Source: Eledone cirrhosa (Eukaryota). Taken from it: 64,000 nt of DNA. The notes under the pieces were generated by a model, which was given only the letters and a program-made list of their open reading frames with translations, searched no databases and was not told where the DNA came from. Position 1 is the stretch's first letter; every line of letters begins with the position of its first letter. This document shows positions 30,853 to 42,578 of the stretch, one piece after another. Both the position numbers and the translations under genes were made by a program. The stretch is taken from positions 39,494,001 to 39,558,000 of the forward strand of contig OZ024747.1 of assembly GCA_964016885.1 (NCBI GenBank), in the 5' to 3' direction.

Positions 30853-33800
30853 CTACAAGAAGCACTATCGGCCAATACAAGCCAAAAACTCAGAATAATG
30901 TGGAGTATACATCTATTAAAGCCTAGGAAGGATATCAAGGAAAAGTAGGCTAAGTTTAAGAGCAAGCAGTTACAAACATAGATATAGACCAAATAGCAAG
31001 GAAGTGATTAACATGTTGAACCCACAATGTAAATATTATATAATGCAAAAACTTGAAACACAAATGGTAATATAATGCGATAATTACAGTACGATATAGA
31101 ATATAATATAATATATAATATAATATAATAGATGGTGATAATAAAAAGCTTAATATATGAATATATATATATATTTATACATATATACATTAGTAAAAAC
31201 ACAAACTAACACTTATTAAGTATTTAAATATATATATATATATATATATTGTTTACAGTATAATATAATAAAGATAAAAATAAGAATAAAGATAAAAATA
31301 AAAATAAAATATAATATATAATTCCCTCTCAGTGTGCATAAACAATATAAAAACATTATAATAACATTATAATAACAATATTATAATATATTGGCATCAA
31401 AAGATATACAAAATTACATCATATATATAATTCAAGGTTAACAAATAGTATAAAGTTTTACACAGGGTAAGAAAAAAAATCATATAGAACTAAATAGTGT
31501 TGAAAAAATTGTGTTGAAAAAAATATATATACCATTGCAACAAACACACGGAGGTCAAGTCGTTTTACATTGGCATAAATATTATCAAAGTATCACAAAA
31601 TATTACAAAATATAATAGAACAGTGCTTCAAATAACATATATTAAAATCTATAATACGATGACATAAAAATGATATGATATAACAATATTAATATCAAAT
31701 ATCAAACAGAGTCTAAGGAAATGCTTAATAAATATTTACGTGGTTGAGATACACAGACATTTATTAATGAACAGCGTGTGGTAGTAAAAAAATAAATAAA
31801 ATAAACCGAAGATCGAAAAACAAAAACAAGTATATTTACTTAGGTGTCACAAGCGGTTAAGTAACAGAAGAGATAGAAATGTAAGCGGCGAATTGACTAG
31901 AAAACCTTTTCAAATTAATTACTATTAAAAGTATTTAAAATACATATTTAGTCACTTCAAAATTGGCTATAGTTTAAGTCATCAAAAACGTATAAGTTTG
32001 AGATATTTCAATAAAATTATCAAGAATAGGGTAAAATATGCTCCGTTCAGTCGAATAACGTTATCAAATAAAAGGACTCTAAATAGAACTATGGTAGACC
32101 AATGGGAACAGAAAGAAGAGAGGTTACGGAGGATAGGAAGGAGCATAAAAGTAAAATCAGTATATTATATAATATCATAAAAGGAACATAAAGGTGAAAT
32201 TTATATATAGTATAATAGAAGGGGCGGATATTAAGTGTGTAGAGGAGGAGGTACATTAGTTGAATGAGACTCCAACCAAAGTATTTAATAAGATATAAAC
32301 CCATAAGGTGTTAGTAGTTAAACTATAATAATGCTTAAGACGATAGATAGGGTGTGGTAGCCAAAAGACTATGGAAACCAAAATCGAAAAGTTGGAAAAA
32401 AACTAATAATAATAAAGATGATGGTAATCAAAATGAACCTAAACAAAAAAGATAAGGAAATATAGCAGCTAATGGATAAGATTTAAACTACCAGAACTTT
32501 TAGGTCTATAATAGAAGAAAGAATTAGAAATGGCATGGGGGCAGGAAGAAAACATCTCAGACTTTCTATTAAGCAAAACTTCTCTAGAGAAAATTATAGA
32601 GTGGCTCTCTAGGATACAGAGATTACAGAATTTGGTGTGTGTTGATAGGTAATTAGAGCGTGCTACTATACGCCAATTAAGGCTATATGGTATGCCTGTC
32701 CCCTTTAAGATCCCAGATATGGTGTGCTAATGAAGTAGAGTTCTTAAACTTAACATGCTTAAAATTAGAGATATGAGAATTAAACCTAGTTTTAAAAGTA
32801 TTTGATGTGGAGCCTATATAAGTGCTATTAGAAGAATCAGTCTTAACTTCACAAGCATAAACAATGTTCCTAGAGAGGCAGTGACCATTTAAAGGGCAGT
32901 TAATACTTGCTCTACAGTTACACTTCCTGGTGCTATTTACCGGCTGAATAAGTGATGCATCACTTCTAGGGTTATTATAAGATAAGGTCTGCTCAGGTGG
33001 TAAGGCATTAATGGATCTATCAAGACTAGTAGTACGCAAAGAGGAGTAGCTGTCCCTAATTTTCTTATTGTTAGTGCTAGCTAAATGAGAACTAATATTA
33101 GGGATGGTAGAGAATGATATTTTAATTACATTTTTATTAAAAATACCATGGTATTTATTAGTAGGAGGGAAATTTTTCTCTAAGATAGAAAAGAAAGACC
33201 TAGGGATGTTAGTTAATACTTCATGATCATAAGGCGGATTAAAATAAGTATTGAGTCACCTCCTATTTCTATCCTTACGAACTCTACCGTTTTCCAGTAT
33301 CCCACTAATAGGATCAGGGTTACTACGAGGACTAGTTGAAACAACATTATTAGAAGCAGCCAAAACCATATTGAGTCTCCTTCTGTTTCTACCTTTAGTA
33401 TATCTACTGTTATCTGGAATCATATCAATAGGATTAGGGTTACTACCAGGATCAGCTGAAACAACACTATTAGAATTAGTAAAAACATTACCACTGGGTG
33501 AGCGATCAGAGTGCCTAACTTGTTCCCTAGAACTAATCCCGAAAAGTGTACCCTTAGACTCACTCCTACGATTACGGTAGCTTAACTTATGGATGGGTTC
33601 GGATACACCTATGGGATTTCTACGATTCTTATGCTTTCTACTCCCATTCATGGCCATATTATGGGAAATTACGTTATTATTATTATGGGTAAACGGAGAC
33701 TTTCTAAGATTGTTCTCATTATAACGTATTTTACCAGAGTAACCAGAGTTAGCTAGGGCATTATTATAGTACTCGGCATGTGAATTAAATATTTCTATAT

Positions 33801-35042
33801 CCTTAGAGAGTGTGGAAATTCTATTAGATACACCGTTAATTATAGAGCTAATCATAGATTTGGGTGGTTAGAATTGGGATTAACATAAGAGAGTATTTCA
33901 TTTGGCTTATGAAAGGGTTTATAACTATTAGTGACCAAGTCCAAAGTCACATCTAAAAAGTTGACCGCTCTATCATTTCTATCAATCGTGATCGAAAGGT
34001 TAAAACTTTAAAAAAATTAATAAAGTTTCTTCCTATTATGCGCAATATTGTTGTGCTAGAGTTTATCACAAACAATGCATCATCACGATAAAGTTCGCCT
34101 TTAAGGTGCGGAAAGGTAACATAGAGTTCATTTAGGAGAAACAGCTCAACAAGATCAGTTACCTGGGCCGAATCACTCGAACCCTGTTTGATATTTGATA
34201 TTAATGTTGTTATATCATCATTTTTATGTAATCGTATTATAGATTTTAATATATGTTATTTGAAGTACTGTTCTATTATATTTTGTAATATTTTGTGATA
34301 TTTTGATAATATTTATGCCAATGTAAAACGACTTGACATCCGTGTGTTTGTTGCAATGGTATATATATTTTTTTCAACACAATTTTTTCAACACTATTTA
34401 GTTCTATATGTTTTTTTTTCTTACCCTGTGTAAAACTTTATACTATTTGTTAACCTTGAATTATATATATGATGTAATTTTGTATATCTTTTGATGCCAA
34501 TATATTATAATATTGTTATTATAATGTTATTATAATGTTTTTATATTGTTTATGCACACTGACAGGGAATTATATATTATATTTTATTTTTATTTTTATC
34601 TTTATTCTTATTTGTATCTTTATTATATTATACTGTAATCAATATATATATATATATATATATATATCTAAATACTTAATAAGTGTTAGTTTGTGTTTGT
34701 ACTAATGTATATATGTATAAATATATATATATATGCATATATTAAGCTTTTTATTATCACCATCTATTATATTATATTATATATTATATTATATTCTATA
34801 TCGTACTGTAATTATCGCATTATATTACCATTTGTGTTTCAAGTTTTTGCATTATATAATATTTACAATGCGGGTTCAACATGTTAATCACTTCCTTGCT
34901 AGTTGGTCTATATCTATGTTTGTAACTGCTCGCTCTTAAACTTAGCCTACTTTTCCTTGATATCCTTCCTAGGCTTTAATAGATGTATACTCCATATTCT
35001 TCTGAGTTTTTGGCTTGTATTGGCCGATAGTGCTTCTTGTAG

Positions 35043-35096
35043 CTTTACTTGCCCTGATGAGTCCTTAATAGGACGAAACATTGTTAACTAATAAAG
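35043..35096 (+). ncRNA. Canonical-core HHR (family F inverted arm), stem I disrupted
   Basis: CTGATGA gtcc ttaata ggac GAAA cattg TT aact. Confidence 0.75.
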
Positions 35097-35197
35097 ACTG
35101 TTGATGTATTGAAGCCTTCTTTGGTTTATTTTTTGTATAATAAATATATATATATATATATATTTTGTATAGCAAACCATGTCAATCTTCTTTCCTG

Positions 35198-35254
<57 letters not shown>

Positions 35255-35731
35255 TGCTCAATTCACTGGTCCTTAGAACCTCACATGTGGTTTCTTACCC
35301 TGTGAGATTCTGGCGCACGAAGAACAAAATGCCTGTTGAGAAAGTGATTCATTGTTCGATCATTATACCAAAAGCTTATTATTCTTTATAAGCAGGCAGA
35401 ATTATTGATTTAGGTGTCGCAGAAACCCTATATCGGAGTATACCATCTTCCCCGAGGGTCCGGGTAACTATTTCAATCATATATTTTTTTGTTTGACCCG
35501 TTTAGTTTGTTCGCTTCATTGGCTTAGGTGGTTAATGGCTTCTTAACCATTGTTTCAGATTTGTATGTCCTTTTTAACTTATGTTTATAGCTCTGGTATC
35601 TTCATATCCATAGAGCGCTTGTCAACACAATTCGGAAGTTGCGTTTCGCTAATATCTACCCCCCCCCCCCGAAATGCGATTCTCCCTAAATTTATATCTG
35701 TATATATATACACATATATATATATATATAT

Positions 35732-35855
35732 AGTAATAATAATAAATTTGAAGACTAAAATCCATAGAGGGCTCGATAAGAATGTTAGTTTCAGATGATC
35801 CCGTTAAGGGTGAAAGCAGCGATTCTTTGCTTAAACTTTAAATTGTTATTTTAAA
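35732..35855. mobile_element. Family A micro-insertion: inverted terminus plus HHR (35787-35837, CAGATGA core)
   Basis: agtaataataataaatttgaagactaaaatcc followed by agttt CAGATGA tccc gttaa ggg t GAAA gca..tgc TT aaact; lies between TA tracts. Confidence 0.8.
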
Positions 35856-35953
35856 AAATATATATATATATAGTTCTATTTAAATTGTTGGGATGCAACA
35901 AGCAAATATTTTCATAACTGATATAAAGCACTCAACAAGTATTTGGAGTAAAC

Positions 35954-36310
35954 ATACGATATTAACAAATGGAAACTATATTTATAAAACCATATTTATT
36001 TTATTATATATATTTCAAGGACATCACGTTAAATTATGGTGTGCTTTCATTAGACAAAATACAATATAGATCAGTTTTATAAATAAATATTGACATACCC
36101 TTAAAAAATGCAACCATTACTGTTGGAAGCTCCGGGAGCTTCCAACAGTAATGGTTGCATTTTTTAAGGGTATGTCAATATTTATTTATAAAACTGATCT
36201 ATATTGTATTTTGTCTAATGAAAGCACACCATAATTTAACGTGGTGTCCTTGAAATATGTATAATAAAATAAATATGGTTTTATAAATATAGTTTCCATT
36301 TGTTAATATC

Positions 36311-36314
<4 letters not shown>
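35954..36314. repeat. Near-perfect palindrome, 180-bp arms, 1-nt spacer (centre 36134)
   Basis: ..ttactgttggaagctcc g ggagcttccaacagtaa..; two mismatches seen; each arm carries an HHR-like motif. Confidence 0.95.
36209..36269 (+). ncRNA. HHR-like motif, G5A core (mirror copy 35999-36059 on minus)
   Basis: ttttgt CTAATGA aag c acaccat aatttaac gtggtgt c ctt GAAA tatgta TA ataaaa. Confidence 0.6.
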
Positions 36315-36358
<44 letters not shown>

Positions 36359-37624
36359 GATATTAGCAAATGGAAGTATATCGGCTAAAAATATCCGCTA
36401 ATACAGTAAAATCCTTATTTGAAGATCTCTGATAATCTAATATCTATAGATGTTTAATGCTTGTCTGGGGTGAATATTCCTCGAATTCAATTAAAATATA
36501 TTATTATGTATAGTGAAATATTAACTTAACATACTACACATTAGAATGTTAAATTATTCTACAAACAAAAGTAACATTTTATTATTCACGAAGAGAACTC
36601 ACAAATTTTACTAAATATTAATTACTAATAAAATCGAATGCGTTCTAACAAAAGAAATGGTCATGAGACTTTCACAAAATTCAGTAATTAAAGATAGAAT
36701 ATTATGAATAATTTTGCATACTGAAATGAAGAATAAATAGAAAGTTAGAACATGCTAGTAAAATTTGAAATTTTAATAGTTTTCAAACGAAAATATCAAT
36801 ATGTCCTACTTCGATAACATTGTTGTTATTATCGATTATCATTAGGAATATGAAATTTAACGTGATTTACTCGGATACAATTTATGTTGGATAGTAACGG
36901 ATTTAGTGTCGACAATAAGTTCTATAATGAAATAGAAAATTCCATTCCGGCTTCATCTAGACTGTGAAAATGGAATTGGCATGTTGTAACCTTGAGGATT
37001 TTGCTTGATTATTTACGCAGTCCGATTATCATGTATAAATGTTTGCCCCAGATATTCCCTTATAAATGTTAATATATTTTATTTTGTATTCCCGTTTGGA
37101 CGAAATATTTCATTGATGAGTAAATGATGATATAATCAATGATATTTAATAGCTAAAACCATATTATATTAGTGCGCTAATATATTTATGACACCAACGA
37201 TGCAATTGCAAACATTACATGATAGTAAATATTGCTTAAATTGAAGTCATCTGTCACTAAATTTTTATATCAAATATGATTATTCGAATGCAGAAGGAAA
37301 ATAATTCTTTGCATATTATTGTCCTCTAAGAGGTTTCACCACGATTCCTTGGACTGATAGATATATAAGGCCGTTTCTCTGTAAACAATGTCTACCATCA
37401 AAAACAATACCATCAATAATAAAATATATATTCTATTATTGATGTTATTATTTATATATCTACGTATTCTGATGTGTTGATCAGATGTAAATAATGTAAT
37501 GGAGATCGGGTGACGCAACTTCCAGCGATTAGCGACCTCTAGACTCACCTGATCAATGAAACAATTGTTAATACCTGTAGTAAAGCCCCTTGTTGTACAG
37601 CCAATCATGTTACTCTTCATTCTT

Positions 37625-37660
<36 letters not shown>

Positions 37661-37676
37661 AAGAATGAAGAGTAAC

Positions 37677-37708
<32 letters not shown>

Positions 37709-37737
37709 ATATATATATATAGTGAAAGAATGAAGAG

Positions 37738-37822
<85 letters not shown>

Positions 37823-37851
37823 TATATATAAATATATATAAATATATATAT

Positions 37852-39638
37852 ATTGCCGTTTTATACAATTCGACATCAACAATTACTACTCCTCCATCAC
37901 TTTACCACTTCTCCTTAGAGCTATCAATTTCGCTAAAACACTCACAGTGGTTAAGGATTTCGAAGTCAATGTCATCCTCAATGCCGGTAAGTCGGTGATT
38001 AATTTCGACGACTCTATTTCGATTAAAAAATCCAATAGTACCCCATTCGACGTGAGTAAGGGCGCCAGCGATTCTGCGGAGGTTACTGATCTTATCGGCC
38101 TTTTCCTTCTTTTCTCTATCAAGGAAGAATTCCCCAACGCGGGCGGTGGTTTGTACCGTGATGATGGTCTTTTGACCATGACTAAGTGCGGACCTCGTGT
38201 TTGCGACAGGTTCAGAAAAGAACTCACAGCCTTCTTTAAAGGCTTTAACCTCTCTATACAGGTTGAGGCCAATCTCTCGGTCGTTAATTACCTCGACGTT
38301 ACCCTCAATTTATCGAATGGGTTATATTACCCGTATAGAAGGCCGAATGATACGCTTAATTACATAAGTAAGCATTCCAACCATCCTGCCAGCATAACCA
38401 GGAACCTGGTAAGAAACGTTTCGTTGAGGCTTTCCCGTCTATCTACTAACGAGCATATTTTCAACGACCATTCCACTTATTACAATGAAGCTCTTGCTCG
38501 GGGTGGATTTGTCGATAAGGTAGCATATACAGAGTACGAAAATAGACCTAGAAGAAATAGATCCCGTCGCATTTGTTGGTATAACCCACCATATAATATG
38601 GAGGTGGCCACACCATTAGCTAAGATCTTTTTTTTCCCTTATTACGAAGCATTTCCACCTACATATAAATATAGCAAAATTTTTAATAGAAATACTATTA
38701 GAATTTCTTACTCTACGACTCCTAACCTTGCACATAACATCACAGCTTCAAATTTAGCTAAACTACCTAGCCGTAGGAACACGTGCAACCCTGTAGTTAG
38801 TACTAACTGTAATTGTAAGAATCGGGTTGATTGCCCCCTATCCGATAAATGCCTCTCTAGTAACATTGTCTACAAATGTAAGATTGAATCACCCACGTCC
38901 CGTAGGGCCTACATAGGGTTAACCGCCAATAGATTCAAGCAGCGTCTTTACATGCATACCCATTCTTTTCGCTACCTTCTAAGAAGGAATATGACGTCAC
39001 GTTCAGCTTATATCTGGAGTCTAAAAGACAAACACATCCAATATAAGTTACACTGGGAGATCCTAGCTAGGGCTAGATCGTATAACAGAAATAAAAGACC
39101 ATGTGACCTCTGCGCTGCTGAGGCCCTGGAAATACTCTACACCACAGACCACATCTTAAACAAAAAATCTGAGACAATTTCGGCTTGTAAACGTAAATTG
39201 CACAAAACTTTCCTGTATTACAGCCCCACGTTATACCCTAACGGATAATACGTGGATATTATACGTCTTGATGCGGTAGCTAAGTATATGTTTTGTTTAT
39301 ACCATTACTTATTCGCATAGAAAAGTGTATATTACCTGTATGTTTTGTGAAGGTACGTATACTTTCTCGTACGTATATTTGATTGTATATGTTATTGCGT
39401 ATAATTTTTATATATTCTGGTACATATGGTTTGGCTATGTGTATACGGGAGTTTTGCGTCCGTGTGAGTATGCAGGTTCGTACGTATGTAGGGTGTGTGT
39501 ATATGTGTACTTCATGTTTTAGTTGACGTAGTCTCCGAACATTTGTGTATTTACATGTAGGTATGTGTGTGCGCTTGTTATATACGTATTTATTTATTTA
39601 TATACGTTTATTTAATTATTTATTTAATCATTTGTATG

Positions 39639-39674
<36 letters not shown>

Positions 39675-40355
39675 ATTATATGTTCGTGGTTTTGTATACC
39701 TATGGCAAGTGTTTTCGCGTATGCTTGTGTATGTACGTATTTGCATGCGTGTATGTATTTATTTAATTTCTATTACCTCTGTATTGTATTTTATTGACTT
39801 TATTCTTAACTTTGAAGCGGAGATTCATTCGGTTTCCTAGTTAGAATTTTAGTCTACGACTTCAGCTATACCATTTACGTGGTTTTGTCTTTGCGTGCAA
39901 TTGTTCTCCACGCTCCACATTTGAAGTATTATCTTCGTTTTTTCCGTTCATTGCCAGAGAACGTCTCTATCAACCACCTAAGAGAACATTAGTCTACGAC
40001 TTCTTTTATACCATAAACGTGGTTCTGTCTTTGCGCGTAATTGTTTTTCATTGCTCCTAATAATGACGTATTATATTCGTTTTTTCTCGTTCTTTGCCAG
40101 GGAACGTTTCCATGAACCAAAGTATCGTCTTCCCGTCTTCCTCCGGTTGCAACGTTTTTTGAAATATCCACTTCTGCGTTTGCAGATTGACTTTGTTAAT
40201 TTCAGAAGATCCCGTTAAGGGTGAAAGCAGCGATTCTTTGCTTAAACTTTAATCTGTTATTTTAATAAATATTTGCTCTACGGTTCTTATATATTTCATA
40301 TATATTTATCCTTATCGAGCCCTCTTTGGATTTTAGTCTTCAAATTTATTATTAT

Positions 40356-40358
<3 letters not shown>
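37852..40358 (+). mobile_element. PLE family A, 5'-truncated; 433-aa open RT-GIY-YIG frame 37947-39248
   Basis: GASDSAEVTDLIG, GLYRDDGL, WYNPPY, CNCKNRVDCPL, YIGLTANRFKQR and CDLCAAE; TA tracts on both sides. Confidence 0.94.
40198..40248 (+). ncRNA. HHR variant (CAGAAGA core), family A
   Basis: Same motif as 17824-17874, with one stem I change. Confidence 0.62.
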
Positions 40359-40417
<59 letters not shown>

Positions 40418-40423
<6 letters not shown>

Positions 40424-41672
40424 TAAAATAACAAAATAACAGATTAAAGTTTAAACAAAGAATCGCTGCTTTCACCCTTAACGGGATCTTCTGAAACTAA
40501 CAAAGTCAATCTGTAAACGCAGAAGTGGTTATTTCAAAAAACGTTGCAGCCGGGGAAGACAGGAAGACGATACTTTGGTTCGTGGAAACTTTCGCTAAGC
40601 AAATAAGTAATGGTATAAATAAAACATACTTAGCTCCCACATGAAGACGTAAAATATCCACGTATAAATCGTACTATCCGTTATGGTATAACGTGGGTCT
40701 GTAATACAGGAAAGATTTGTGCAATTTATGTTTACAAGCCGAAATTGCCTCAGATTTTTTGTTTAAGATGTGGTCTGTGGCGTAGAGTATTTCCAGGGCC
40801 TCAGCGGCGCAGAGGTCACATGGTCTTTTATTTCCGTTATACGATCTAGCCCTAGCTAGGATCTCCCAGTGTAACTTATATTGGCTGTGTTTGTCTTTTA
40901 GACTCCAGATATAAGCTGAAAGTGACGTCATATTCCTTCTTAGAGGGTAACGAAAAGAATGGGTATGCATGTAAAGATGCTGCTTGAATCTATTGGCGGT
41001 TAACCCTATGTAGGCCCTACGGGACGTGGGTGTTACAACCTTACATTTGTAGACAATGTTACTAGAGAGGCATTTCCCGGATAGGGGGCAATCAACCCGA
41101 TTCCTACAATTACAGTTATTACTAACTACATGGTTGCACGTGTTCCTACGGCCAGGTAGTTTAGCTAAATTTGAAGCTGTGATGTTATGTGCAAGGTAAG
41201 GAGTCGTAGAGTAAGAAATTTTAATAGTATTTCTATTTAAAATGTTACTATACTTATGTGTAGGGGGAAAATGGTTCGTAATAAGGGAAAGAAAGATCTT
41301 AGCTAATGGTGTGGCCACATCCATATTATATGGTGGGTTATACCAACAAATGCGACGGGATCTATTTCTTCTAGGTCTATTTTCGTACTCTGTATATGCT
41401 ACCTTATCGACAAATCCACTTCGAGCAAGAGCTTCATTGTAATAAGTGGAATGGTCGTTGAAAATACGCTCGATGGTGGAAAGACGGGAAAGCCTCAACG
41501 AAACGTTTCTTACCAGGTTCTTGGTTATGCTGGCAGGATGGTTGGAATGCTTACTTATGTAATTAAGCGTATTATTCGGCTTTCTATACGGGTAAAACAC
41601 CCCATTCAATAAATTGAGGGTAACGTCGAGGTAATTGATTTGTATTTTAGTCTTCAAATTTATTATTATTAC
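40418..41672 (-). mobile_element. PLE family A copy, tail-to-tail with the previous copy, 3' UTR internally deleted; HHR 40448-40498
   Basis: ORF 40674-41819 from [10 protein letters not shown] to GIY-YIG; 41641-41672 is an inverted terminus. Confidence 0.92.
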
Positions 41673-41729
<57 letters not shown>

Positions 41730-41734
<5 letters not shown>

Positions 41735-41802
41735 CATACATACATACATACATACATACATACATACATACATACATACATACATACATACATACATACA
41801 TA
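41730..41802. repeat. (TACA)n microsatellite
   Basis: Pure tetranucleotide tract; another lies at about 42497-42578. Confidence 0.97.
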
Positions 41803-42390
41803 CAATAAAATGCAGGCATAACAGACCAGATAGTATGATATGGGACAGGGAGAAGAAAGCATGCACAGTAGTGGAAATTAGCTGCCCAGCAGATGCCAAT
41901 ATAATATTAAAAATTAGTGAATAGGAGAACATTTATGCAGAACTGATGAGAAATCTGCAGATACGCCACCGTGGTTACACCTTCAGATTTATACCTGTGA
42001 TTACTGGGGCACTCGGATATGTTAGTAACTCCCTCAATGCAAACTTTGAGAAGCTAGGCTTCACAGGAACAGAACGAACACAACTAGTTAGGAAATTACA
42101 AGTACAATCCATTAATGGAACAGTAAAAATATGTAAAACATTCCAAAAATTGTGCATCTAATAACTGCATATACACATATACAAATGGAAAGCATATACA
42201 CATGCACACATACAACTCAAAACATATACATCCACACATACAATAACATCCATATCTACACATGCATCCATACATACATATCTACCTAGTTGATGTTGTG
42301 TAAATTCCAATGAGAGAGTCTTGTGTCTATGTTAGAAACCGTCTCTCTCACTATAGGTAAAACTTTGTGAAATTATAAACCCAGAAGAAC
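41803..42390 (+). mobile_element. R4/Dong-like LINE, short 3' fragment
   Basis: [31 protein letters not shown]; high similarity to 46004-46575. Confidence 0.9.
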
Positions 42391-42578
42391 ATACATGCAT
42401 ACTTACATACATACATATGTACACATACACAGACATACACAAACACAGACAAACACACACAACCATGCATATATATATATATATATACATACATGTATAC
42501 ATACATACATACATACATACATACATACATACATACATACATACATACATACATACATACATACATACATACATACAT

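Larger units (their letters stand above)
30655..35141 (-). mobile_element. PLE family F with about 945-bp inverted repeats; decayed RT-GIY-YIG about 32490-34183
   Basis: Minus-strand GSSDSAQVTDLV, LYRDDAL, NFLDVTLDL, YFNPPY, CNCRASINCPLNGHC and IVYAC..YIGST; about 30755-31709 mirrors 34184-35141. Confidence 0.92.
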
